DNA of 36,554 bases from Octopus bimaculoides (Eukaryota), in assembly GCF_001194135.2 (NCBI RefSeq), contig NC_068986.1:72099591-72136144 (forward strand), read 5' to 3'. The translations under genes were made by a program, and so were the position numbers. The notes under the pieces were generated by a model. The model was given only the letters and a program-made list of their open reading frames with translations, did not search any database and was not told where the DNA came from. Positions 21,805 through 33,009 of the stretch are shown in pieces. The first letter of the stretch is position 1, and every line of letters begins with the position of its first letter.

Positions 21805-22180
21805 NNNNNNNNNNACACACATACGTCAATACATTGTAATGTACATAATGAGTGTGTGTGTGTGTGTGTGTGCATGTATGTGTATGTGCGTGTTTCTATC
21901 ATCAAAACGAACACAACAACCAACAATAACATTTAGTATGAAGAGGATATGCAAATCCATTTCAAATATAACTTATGCATTGTGGAATCCTAGTGTATTT
22001 TCAAGGTTGATGAAATGATTTTGATCTTAGATCTACGAGGATTGACTTGAGACTAACCACGACCACCATAACACCAACTGTTGCAAATTAGGTCTTTCCT
22101 GAGTCGTTCTTTTTTACTACCTATTTGTTGTAGATAATTAACCGCCGCTGCTGTTGGATTTGCCTTCAGTTTAGGACATC

Positions 22181-22252
22181 TAGGAAGAAGCTATCAAGTA
22201 GTTTTGAAGAAGGTAGTAGGAAGAAGCTATCAAGTAGTCTTGAAGTAGTGCG
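22181..22252. repeat. 36-bp tandem duplication (TAGGAAGAAGCTATCAAGTAGT.TTGAAG...)
   Basis: Directly visible, two copies. Confidence 0.9.
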
Positions 22253-23338
22253 AAAAGGAACTGTAGAGGGATTGAATATTGATTTCCTGAGTATATTATT
22301 GATGAGTTTATGAATTTATTAATAATATAAAAACATATATATACATATGCAGTTAGATAGATAGATAGATNNNNNNNNNNNNNNNNNNNNNNNNNNNNNN
22401 NNNNNNNNNNNNNNNNNNNNNNNNNNNNNNNNNNNNNNNNNNNNNNNNNNNNNNNNNNNNNNNNNNNNNNNNNNNNNNNNNNNNNNNNNNNNNNNNNNNN
22501 NNNNNNNNNNNNNNNNNNNNNNNNNNNNNNNNNNNNNNNNNNNNNNNNNNNNNNNNNNNNNNNNNNNNNNNNNNNNNNNNNNNNNNNNNNNNNNNNNNNN
22601 NNNNNNNNNNNNNNNNNNNNNNNNNNNNNNNNNNNNNNNNNNNNNNNNNNNNNNNNNNNNNNNNNNNNNNNNNNNNNNNNNNNNNNNNNNNNNNNNNNNN
22701 NNNNNNNNNNNNNNNNNNNNNNNNNNNNNNNNNNNNNNNNNNNNNNNNNNNNNNNNNNNNNNNNNNNNNNNNNNNNNNNNNNNNNNNNNNNNNNNNNNNN
22801 NNNNNNNNNNNNNNNNNNNNNNNNNNNNNNNNNNNNNNNNNNNNNNNNNNNNNNNNNNNNNNNNNNNNNNNNNNNNNNNNNNNNNNNNNNNNNNNNNNNN
22901 NNNNNNNNNNNNNNNNNNNNNNNNNNNNNNNNNNNNNNNNNNNNNNNNNNNNNNNNNNNNNNNNNNNNNNNNNNNNNNNNNNNNNNNNNNNNNNNNNNNN
23001 NNNNNNNNNNNNNNNNNNNNNNNNNNNNNNNNNNNNNNNNNNNNNNNNNNNNNNNNNNNNNNNNNNNNNNNNNNNNNNNNNNNNNNNNNNNNNNNNNNNN
23101 NNNNNNNNNNNNNNNNNNNNNNNNNNNNNNNNNNNNNNNNNNNNNNNNNNNNNNNNNNNNNNNNNNNNNNNNNNNNNNNNNNNNNNNNNNNNNNNNNNNN
23201 NNNNNNNNNNNNNNNNNNNNNNNNNNNNNNNNNNNNNNNNNNNNNNNNNNNNNNNNNNNNNNNNNNNNNNNNNNNNNNNNNNNNNNNNNNNNNNNNNNNN
23301 NNNNNNNNNNNNNNNNNNNNNNNNNNNNNNNNNNNNNN

Positions 23339-23367
<29 letters not shown>

Positions 23368-23369
<2 letters not shown>

Positions 23370-23490
23370 AACAAAAATAAAGGAAACACGAAGACAAAGT
23401 AAAAACAAAGTATAGTGTGTTAGGTTGTCGCTCGGAATAATTGGAAGAAGTCTTTAATATTTTGAGCCTACGCTCTTCTACGGAATGGAA
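23368..23490 (-). mobile_element. Terminal fragment of a (TA)n-associated repeat, possibly Penelope-like
   Basis: The - strand reads GAAGAGCGTAGGCTCAAAATATTAAAGACTT...GTCTTCGTG...(TA)n, which resembles Penelope-type terminal repeats as I recall them. Not verified. Confidence 0.35.
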
Positions 23491-24983
23491 AGATAAGGGA
23501 TAAGAAATATATATATACATATGCAGTTAGATAGATAGATAGATCGATAGATAGACAGATAGATAGATAGACAGATAGATAGATAGACAGATAGATACAT
23601 ACATACATATATACATACATACATAAATACATACATACATGCCTGCAGGCCTGAATACATACATACATACATACATACTCTTCATTAGCTTGTTCACATA
23701 GGATATTCGCAGTTTCGACACCTCATGACAGCACCACTACCCACAGCAACGTCGATAAACATCCATTACAAAAAATTAACATGAAGAATATAGTTATAAA
23801 ATAGCAAGTAGGACAAAGAAAACACAAAAGACACGAAAATATATATAATTAAGCCCTAGAAACTAGGACAGAAAAAAAGAATAGCCCTCTAAGAGCAAAA
23901 TAAAATAAAACGATAGTGCACATGCGAAACACTGGAAGAAATATGGAATACAAGATTAAATGCTCGAATGGTGGTGATTGAGCAAATTAGAGGTACGACA
24001 GAGAGATGAGAATTTCGTGAGTGGGAGGGTTTCACATGCTGGAAATAGATGAGGAAGAGTAGAAATGGAGAGGCGCAACAGAAAGAAATAATTGGAGATA
24101 GTGAGGGGTGGAGAAAAAACGGGAGTAACGTCAAAGCTATTTAAACGATATTGCGATATGTTTTATATTTTCTGTAATTTTATTACTTTTTATCATGTTC
24201 AAGCGTACACTGTATGTTTCCAATTATATATTTCTGTATAATTATACGATTTTTACACTTACCATCAGCTCTCTCGGTCAATCATACTTACACACATACA
24301 GACATACTTACGTACAAACATACATATGCAAGTATCTACACATATATGCGTGTATATGTGTGAGTCTTTGTGTGTATGCCTTTGCGTGTATGTATCTTTG
24401 TATGTGTGTGTGTGCGCGCGCGTGTGTATTGAAAACCAACTAACATCTGAGGGCGGGTTCGTTGAAGCTCTTTTTCTTCAAGCTTTAGGAATGTGGAAGA
24501 TGAAAACTGCCTATTCTTCCGAGAAATAGAAGGGAGAGAATGAAAGTATTATAAAAACAAATGACTTAGCTAGATAAATATATGTGTGAGAGAAAGAGAG
24601 AAGGGAAGGAAAGAGATAAAGAAAGCACGAGGGTGGAAATGGGAAAGTAATTAAAGACTGTAGGCTGACGGAGATACACTAAAAAGCAATATAAAAAGTA
24701 AGAACGATTTTGACAGATAGGAATGAGAAAGATGCTATATGAATATTTGGCGCAGTGAAAAAAGGCGGGTGTTGAAACGTACTTAGAGACAGCGCAAGAT
24801 ATATTAAAGTAAAATGTAGAGAGAATCAGTAAAAATATATTGAATAAACCAATGGCTGAGGAAGATACATTAAGAAATAAGAGGCGGAGATTAGAATGTA
24901 TTTAATGGCAGATAATACCATAAGATACATCTGGAAGTAAGAAAGCACGGAGACAAGCAAGTAAAGAGGATACAGTAAGAATG

Positions 24984-25014
<31 letters not shown>

Positions 25015-25539
25015 AAGCAAGAGAGAAAGTTGGAGAATGTAAGGAACTGTGAAAGATACATTGCTATTCTTAAGGTTAAAATACCGGCATGTGATGGGGA
25101 ACATTTTATCGATATTCCTACAAAATATCTCTAAAATTTATGTTCGCATAATTTCGTAATTTATTCCATACTCATACAAACCCCATCACTTTTGACAGGT
25201 TTTATGTTCATATAATGTGTGTATGTGTGCACGCGCGCGTGTGCGTGCGTGCGTACGTGGGTATGTGTGTTTACGTTTGTGTGTAAACAGGAACAGCTTT
25301 TCTTTCAAACATTAGAAACATGATTACATTCAAGTTTAATCTTTCTTTGCGCAATTCCGTATTACTCCTTTATGTTTCAGTTGGAATAATAACGTTACTA
25401 AATCTACTCAGTAGAGATTTTGACGTCTTCACAATTTTGTTTACAAATTAAGCAATTTTAATAGTTCGTGGTCCACATATATTAACATGAAGCCATAAAC
25501 TAACAAATCAGTGAACTTATTTCAGACAACCATGTAATA

Positions 25540-25775
25540 TTGAATTCTGTGGAAACCCAAAAGTTATAAATTTCACGACTCAAACTGTTACATCGACATA
25601 CAAGTGTGACCCTTAAATGTCGGTTGACTATTCATTTACAACACGGAGACATTACACATTGTAATGCAGTACACAAAATAAAATTGATTAGAAAAGCACT
25701 AGTTGATAGCAATACAATTTTATACAGAATTCACACAAAAAAGAAATTAGAATAACTATAGAAGCTCTACAAATG
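25540..25775 (+). pseudogene. Penelope-like GIY-YIG endonuclease remnant
   Basis: With frameshifts reads PKV...CYI(G)HTSVTLKCRLTIHLQHGDITHCNAVH...LVDSNTILYRIHTKKKL..IEALQ, matching the YIG-T-L--RL--H...RL...EAL pattern of PLE endonucleases. Confidence 0.65.
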
Positions 25776-26261
25776 ACAATCCAGTGTATTTGTATAAAAC
25801 CAACACATACTTACAAACCTAAATCAAATATACAAATATATCATACGGGAAATATGTCGTGAATGCATAACACCTATCAAGATTTACATAATTCTGAATC
25901 TGATGTTGAGCATTTTATCAATTGTAAAATTATTCCCAAGATCCTTTGTAACTTACTGCAGAAGGCACAGACTACAAGCCATTACCACAGTGTTGTTTGA
26001 AAATGAGATTGAGCAGGTCTCGAAACGTGACCTTGATGAACGCTTTTGTTACAAACCAAGCATAAAGGACTAATAAACAAATATGAAAAAATCATTAATA
26101 TACAAGATCAAACTTGAACATAGTCCTGCTTTTGATCTAATGCGCGAGTCTCTATGTGTGTGCGCGTGCATGTACACGCGTGCATGTACACGCGTGTCAT
26201 AGTATACATAAAGCAATGCATCCAACAAAAAAAAATAACATTGTTTCGCGAACACGCTAGC

Positions 26262-26490
26262 GGCGGTGGTGGGAGTGATAGCAATAGTGATGATGATAGT
26301 AGTGACGGCGGCGGTGGCGGTGATGGAAGAAATAAAATTTAGATAAAGAGAATAAGGTATGAATGTAAATCGAAAGTAATGGTGGTGAGATTAATCCCCG
26401 TGATAAGAGTGGTAAGAATAGCGGTGATGATTATAATAATGGTGATAATGATGATGATGATGGTGGTGGTGGTGGTGGTGGTGGCGGTTG
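26262..26490. repeat. Degenerate GGT/GAT/GGC trinucleotide low-complexity tract
   Basis: Directly visible. Confidence 0.85.
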
Positions 26491-27837
26491 TAGTTTGTTC
26501 CCTAGGAGCATTGAAATCAGTGCATTTGTACAAAACCAGCACAGACACGTTCATATACAAATGCATACGTACATACCCACACATACGTATAGACACTGTG
26601 TAAATACATGTACATAAACAAAGGTAAATAAATATATNNNNNNNNNNNNNNNNNNNNNNNNNNNNNNNNNNNNNNNNNNNNNNNNNNNNNNNNNNNNNNN
26701 NNNNNNNNNNNNNNNNNNNNNNNNNNNNNNNNNNNNNNNNNNNNNNNNNNNNNNNNNNNNNNNNNNNNNNNNNNNNNNNNNNNNNNNNNNNNNNNNNNNN
26801 NNNNNNNNNNNNNNNNNNNNNNNNNNNNNNNNNNNNNNNNNNNNNNNNNNNNNNNNNNNNNNNNNNNNNNNNNNNNNNNNNNNNNNNNNNNNNNNNTGTG
26901 TGTGTGTGTGTGTGTATGTGTAATGAATCTTGCAGGCATGAAGTGGATTGGATCCACCATAGCCAAATTTCAAGTAACAGTTCAACAGAACTTTTCTTAC
27001 GGTGGAACAATAGTTTTTCTGGAACGCCAGTTTTACTTTTTCCAGATACCTTAGCTAGGCCGAAATAATGTCTTCACCACTTGACCTTTCTAACTTCTTA
27101 TAGACCACCAAAAGCTAGAATTAAGATAACAAGTACCACCAACGAAATCTATTGTTCTCAGCGATATATCTATCCTTCTGGATAGTTATAAAAACAAGAA
27201 CCCCAAGCAAAAATCAGTGAGTCACTTGGTGACAACTCAGTCGGCTCGCAACAACTCAGTTAGTGAGTGACAACTCGAGTCAGAAACTGCTACCATCAGT
27301 TAAAGAACGGAACGCTAGAATCATGGTCACAAACAGGCAACTACTAAAGCCAATAGTCAAAGGGGAGAAATGAAATTTATTGTCAGCAGCTACGAGACAA
27401 CTTCCCACTACTCTACAACTTTCACTAGCTCTAAGTTTGTTCTCTTACAACATCATTCTATCTCCATCTATACTGCACAATGACGAGAACATAAACACAA
27501 ACTATACAAGAGAAATCTACATCCAACTTTACTTCGCATGCTCTAGGATTTTATCACCTGCCCGTCGAGGCAAGGTATTGTATAATGTAACGGTAAAATA
27601 AAGATTTTCTTCACAACTTCAATCACTGTTCTTTCATCTTTACATAATGGCAATCAGCAAAGAACCAATCCTTACAAACTGATTACGACTCCTGCGTTTC
27701 ATATCATTGTTTACAATTTAATTGCAACCGTTACAAAAGTTAACTTCTGCCGTTACACATTTCAAAGCATCGCTTACAACTGGTGATCCCAACAGTGCAC
27801 CATAACAGGCATCGTTACAAAAATAAAACTTTAGCGT

Positions 27838-27880
<43 letters not shown>

Positions 27881-28500
27881 NNNNNNNNNNNNNNNNNNNN
27901 NNNNNNNNNNNNNNNNNNNNNNNNNNNNNNNNNNNNNNNNNNNNNNNNNNNNNNNNNNNNNNNNNNNNNNNNNNNNNNNNNNNNNNNNNNNNNNNNNNNN
28001 NNNNNNNNNNNNNNNNNNNNNNNNNNNNNNNNNNNNNNNNNNNNNNNNNNNNNNNNNNNNNNNNNNNNNNNNNNNNNNNNNNNNNNNNNNNNNNNNNNNN
28101 NNNNNNNNNNNNNNNNNNNNNNNNNNNNNNNNNNNNNNNNNNNNNNNNNNNNNNNNNNNNNNNNNNNNNNNNNNNNNNNNNNNNNNNNNNNNNNNNNNNN
28201 NNNNNNNNNNNNNNNNTAAATAGTAATCAAAAAGTATAATGTAATGCGAGAAACAACACCATTTTCAGATTGCCAAATCTACCAGTTGTTACTATGTGTC
28301 GTATCTGTCTATATGTCTTGCTCTCCCTCTCTCTCTTGTGTGGACTAAGATCCTCGTTGACAGGGCGTTGATATTTATAGAGTGTTAAGCACTTTTGGTA
28401 TGCAAATTAGGGACTCCTTCATAGAGTAACTGCTGCATTTGTTGAATACATAAGCAGTTTGGCTGCTTGATTTTCTGGAGATTGTCAAAACGATGTGGAC

Positions 28501-28543
28501 GCCTCTGATGAGAACCCAATAAGGTTCGAAAATCGATTAAGGT
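28501..28543 (+). ncRNA. Minimal type I hammerhead ribozyme
   Basis: Helix I GCCT (28501-04)/AGGT (28540-43); core CTGATGA (28505-11); helix II GAACC-CAATAA-GGTTC; GAAA (28528-31); palindromic helix III ATCGAT; cleavage triplet TTA (28537-39). Confidence 0.7.
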
Positions 28544-28744
28544 TTTTCAGTTTGCAGAGAAATGGCTTAAATTAGCCCTGTTTATAATTATGCCATATGT
28601 TACGTATATATTATATCTTACCTTGATATTGTGTGGACTAAAGACCGCTGCTGTTTATAGAGTGTTAGATACTTTCGGTATGCAAATTAGGGACTCCTTC
28701 ATAGAGTAACTGGCTTCTCTGGAGATTGTCAAAATGATGTGGAC

Positions 28745-28787
28745 GCCTCTGTTGAGAACCCAATAAGTTTCGAAAATCGATGAAGGT
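28745..28787 (+). ncRNA. Mutated hammerhead copy (probably inactive)
   Basis: Core is CTGTTGA, helix II has a mismatch (GAACC/GTTTC), and U16.1 is replaced by G (ATCGATGA). Confidence 0.6.
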
Positions 28788-29489
28788 TGTTCATCATTTT
28801 TTTCAGTTTACGGAGAAATGGCTTAGATTTGCGCTGTTTATATACCATATTTTACGTATATATATATATCCTTCTCTCTCTATTTTACGCCTCCCCCTCT
28901 CAATATATATTTACTACATGCTCTTTCTCTCACTTTCTCTATATATTCATATCTCTCACGCATGCTTCTTCCCACTCTCGTGATATGACATTTAATTGCT
29001 TTCGTTTTGTTTAAAACTTCGTTACCGTAATGTTTTTGCCTTCATTTTGTGATAGACGTGTAGAAAATGCTTGCTTCCAAATCCTGTATTCGGACTGGAT
29101 AAAAATTATCAATCTTTAAACATCTTTAACATTTTTCTAAAATTTTTCTGGAATAAATGAATCACAAAATCAGATTCAACGTGGAAGATTATATCAAAAT
29201 ACCAAATTTGAAAATTTTCACTTGATTTTAAAATTTCAAGATCTGCGACGGCAACAGAAAAAGATCCTATCTCCCTATTTGTCTCTCTCTTTGTCTTTTA
29301 CGCTTTCTTCATTGTAAACTTTCCTCTTCTATATATATTTATCACACTCTCTCACTCCTTCTCTGCATATGTATACTGCTCACGCTGAGTGTGTGTGTGT
29401 GTGTGTGTGTGCGTGTGTGTGTGTGTGTGTGTGTGCGTGCGTGTGCGCGTGCGTGTGCGCGTGCGTGCGCGCGCGTGTGTGTAAGGAAT

Positions 29490-29898
29490 TTCATTAAGGT
29501 GACAGATCGGAAGACCCTCACAGAGCATCAGCGGCGAGCTCAGAAAACACCTGAACAGAAAAGGAATAGACTTGATATGCGAATACGAGCCTCTGTCGCA
29601 CAGTCTCGGGAGAAACCCGAGCATAGGATGCATCGATTACATGAGAAATGCACAAAACCTCCGTCACACAGACTTCGAAGACGATGTCACTTTTCAATTC
29701 AAATGAGTGAGTCTTAGTTTTGCCATGACCACCAACAGATCGCAAGGGCAAACATTTCTGGTTGCCAGTTTACACCTTGAAGAGCTCTACTTCACCCATG
29801 GTCAGCCGTAAGCTGGATGTTCAAGAATAGAAAGTAAAATATTTACATCTATGCAGTAAATGGAAAAATAGAAAAGTTCGCTTATCGAGACATTATAA
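29490..29898 (+). mobile_element. Helitron remnant: N-terminal charged repeat fused to the helicase C-terminus
   Basis: RRAQKTPEQKRNRLDMRIRASVAQSREKPEHRMHRL is followed at 29683 by DVTFQFK*VSLSFAMTTNRSQGQTFLVASLHLEELYFTHGQP*AGCSRI..IYIYAVNGK, the FAMTINKSQGQT...HGQLYV..SRV motifs of the Pif1-like RepHel helicase. Confidence 0.85.
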
Positions 29899-30040
29899 AT
29901 TGCCCCAAATCATGCTTAAATCTGTCCTGATCAAGAGGCCTGCCGGTTGGGAATGACATGGTCTGGTATAGAATTTAAAAAATGAAATAAAGGCATTCTG
30001 TTGTGAAAACTGTCCGGCAACAACGGACTACACAGCTAAT

Positions 30041-30101
<61 letters not shown>

Positions 30102-30166
30102 CAGACAGAGACCTACAGACATATATACATCTACATATATATGTAAATATGTGTGTGTGTGTGTGT

Positions 30167-30242
<76 letters not shown>
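30041..30242. repeat. (ATAG)n at 30041-30100 and (GT)n at 30150-30242
   Basis: Directly visible. Confidence 0.97.
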
Positions 30243-30245
<3 letters not shown>

Positions 30246-30869
30246 CATGCATATCTATCTGTCTGCCTGCATGTATGCATGAATGTAAATACATATACAG
30301 AGAGACTTATATACATACATGAGTGCATATAAAGACCTACTCACACAATACATGAAATACAGAAAAGCAATACATCTATATAGCTAAATGTAAATATATG
30401 AGCATTATAGTTACGTAGATAAAGTGCTTACTGGTCTACGAGGATAGTTCTTGTTAATGCACACGACCGAATAATACAAGTGAAGAAGAAATAAAAGATG
30501 AACAATCAATGTATAAATACAAATATAATAAAACGTGTATCCCTCACCTTATGGACATATGCAAACCTTAGCATATATCTCCACATTCTTATGAATTCAC
30601 ACCTTCTTACGTGCATGCTCTCGTCCACTCGCGTAGACACGCCCTCGACGCACGCTCGCATTCATAACCACGCTCGTGAAGCAATTACCTATTGGTACAC
30701 ACATTCTAACTGTGCATTTGCACACACACACACACACACATTCATAGATACACTAACAAACACGCACACACACACATTCATAGATACACTAACAAACACG
30801 CACACACACACCACATTTACATGCATATACACATTCATACTTACATTTGTATGTATCTATGAATGCATA

Positions 30870-31027
30870 CGTGATCTGATCAATAAGTATCCGGACTGTT
30901 GCCATAGTAATGAAGCTGAAGCACACACAATGAAGCCGCTTGGCACAGATTGAACTTGAACTCGGCTGTGCATGCGCACAAAGTTTTAAGTTCTAGCTCA
31001 CTCCGCTGTTTACAGCAGTGCTTGGAA
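30870..31027 (+). mobile_element. Mariner 5'-end fragment (same family as 31731-32604)
   Basis: TA|CGTGATCTGATCAATAAGTATCCGGACTG...GTTTACAGCAGTGCTTGGAAG aligns with both ends of 31731-32604. Confidence 0.88.
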
Positions 31028-31730
31028 GTCAGTCACATCAATATAAAGAGATTATTCACATTTTGTGTAATGAATGCTACACCCTAAGCCTTTTGCTATT
31101 GATACAAGCGTGGTAAAAATAATTATTATTTTCTTCGAATGAATGTGACCCACACGCACTTTTTTTAGAGAAGACCGTAGAAGAAACCAAGTGCGAAACT
31201 ATCAAGAGAAATTGCAGTAGATCTTTGAAATGAATCAAGACTTCCCTCAGTTTTATAAAAGGGTGGGGTATAATACATCGATTGGTTATATTGAAAGGAT
31301 AAAGAGTTACTAGGATCACCAACTATCCCCATTTCTATGTCGAACAGTTTCGTCGATAAGACAAGTTCGTCGAAGAAAAGAGTACAGTTAACCCTACCGA
31401 CCATTAAAATTGTATATTTAGTAAAAGGGATAATAAACCAGTGGATTCTTCTCCTCGGAAGACTGCAAACAATGCAAACTGCGACCGATGCGACTACAGT
31501 GATAATAACACTGAGACAAACATGCTACCATTACACAGACGATCGGTAGCTGCTCATGAACAAACAGAAATTTAAAAGCAAAATTCAAATAAAACTTGGT
31601 TTACATTAATATACAATTACATGTGAGAATAATCAAAACAGAAAGTAACAGGATACCTACCAACTTCATGTTATCTGCGATCGACCAATTTGCAAAGGAA
31701 AATCGTGAACACCAGCTTTTGGACATTATA

Positions 31731-32604
31731 AGTGGCCTGATCAATAAGTATCCAGACTGTTGCTATAGTAACGGAGCTAAAGCACGAAGAATGAAGTCGC
31801 TTGACACAGATTGACTTTAAACTCTGCTATGCATGTGCATTAAACTTTAATGTTCTAGCCTACATTCGCTGTTTATAGCAGTGCTTGGAAGGAAGGTATG
31901 TAGCGTGTGATCGTCGCATTAACCATAACAGAGAAAGTTGAGCAGAGAATCTTCATCAAATTTTGCCAAAAGCTTGGCGATAACTGCTCTGAAGCCTACA
32001 CAATGTTCTCAAAAACTGTTCATCGTTCTCGACACAGTCAAGATCTTGTGCAACTGAAACGCGAGTGTCTTTTTGGTCAGCTGAAGGCAGTTTTGGCACA
32101 AACTTGGCAGACATGCGTCTCATACCCAAATCTTCAATGATAATGGACTGAACTGAAACATAAGTAATCTGCACATCCTCTAATAACCCACAGGTGGTGA
32201 TTTGACGATTTCCCCTCACAGCCGCATGCACATCTGCGATGTTGTTCTCAGTTCTGCTGGTTGCAGGTCTCCCAGAACATTCGTCAATATCGACATTTTT
32301 TCGGCCATCTTGGAAACGTCTTAACCACTCGTACACTTGTATACACTCGTCTCCATACACTTTCTGCAACTTTGCGTAGGCCTCTGAGCGGGTATCACCA
32401 TGGCAACTTTCTGTCATGGTCAGTGTGACAATCACTCGCTACACACCTTCCAAAAACTGCTGTAAACGGATGTGAATTGCAACGTTAAAACTTAGCGCGT
32501 ATGCACAGCAGAATTCAAGGTCAATCTTTGTCAAGCGGCTTCACTATGCGTGCTTTAGCTTCGTTACCACGGCAGCAGTCCGGATACTTATTGATCAGAT
32601 CTCG
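31731..32604. mobile_element. Non-autonomous mariner made of two inverted 5' halves, with TA flanks
   Basis: The + arm (31731 to ~32005) reads TEKVEQRIFIKFCQKLGDNCSEAYTM. The - arm (~32005-32604) reads SEAYAKLQKVYGDECIQVYEWLRRFQDGRKNVDIDECSGRPATS...LGMRRMSAKFVPKL...DEQFLR. Both arms start with the same TIR and 5' UTR. Confidence 0.92.
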
Positions 32605-33009
32605 TATACCCTGCTAGACTGCTTTACGGTCATCATTCATCGACAGATGAATGATGACCATACAGATCGATTGTAACGGAAAGACCCAGCCAAATGGATG
32701 ACCTTCTAAAATATCAGAAAATCATATTCTACCATTAAGTGCCAAGTGAATAATAAATTCAAGAACCACCAGCAACAACTTTATAGCAGATTATTTAATG
32801 TCTACGAGAACTGCCGAAGGAGTCTCTATATGCATGCATGTACACATTTAAGAGATACAAACGAATAAGTTACATTGTCTTTAAACACGATCTGTGAAGG
32901 ACTTCATTATCGTATAAAATTACTACACAGTAAAGCCATCGAGTGTAAGTTTGCACTAAACAGTTATAAGTTTAATGCAAGCTTGCAATTGATGGTATCA
33001 TGACTGCCG

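Larger units (their letters stand above)
28336..28862 (+). repeat. Two tandem copies of a 235-285-bp unit (28336-28620 and 28629-28862), each carrying a hammerhead motif
   Basis: Long identical blocks, for example GGTATGCAAATTAGGGACTCCTTCATAGAGTAACTG and TCTGGAGATTGTCAAAA.GATGTGGACGCCTCTG. The hammerhead cores are 244 nt apart. Confidence 0.93.

Noticed and set aside
29040-29260. Motifs reminiscent of DNA-transposon subterminal sequence (also at about 6100-6230, 13090-13470 and 31300-31400)
   Set aside because: I could not identify paired TIRs or TSDs, so no feature is called.
30741-30810. 36-bp tandem duplication within a CA-rich tract, and (GAAAGT)n at about 24983-25017
   Set aside because: These are ordinary slippage products.
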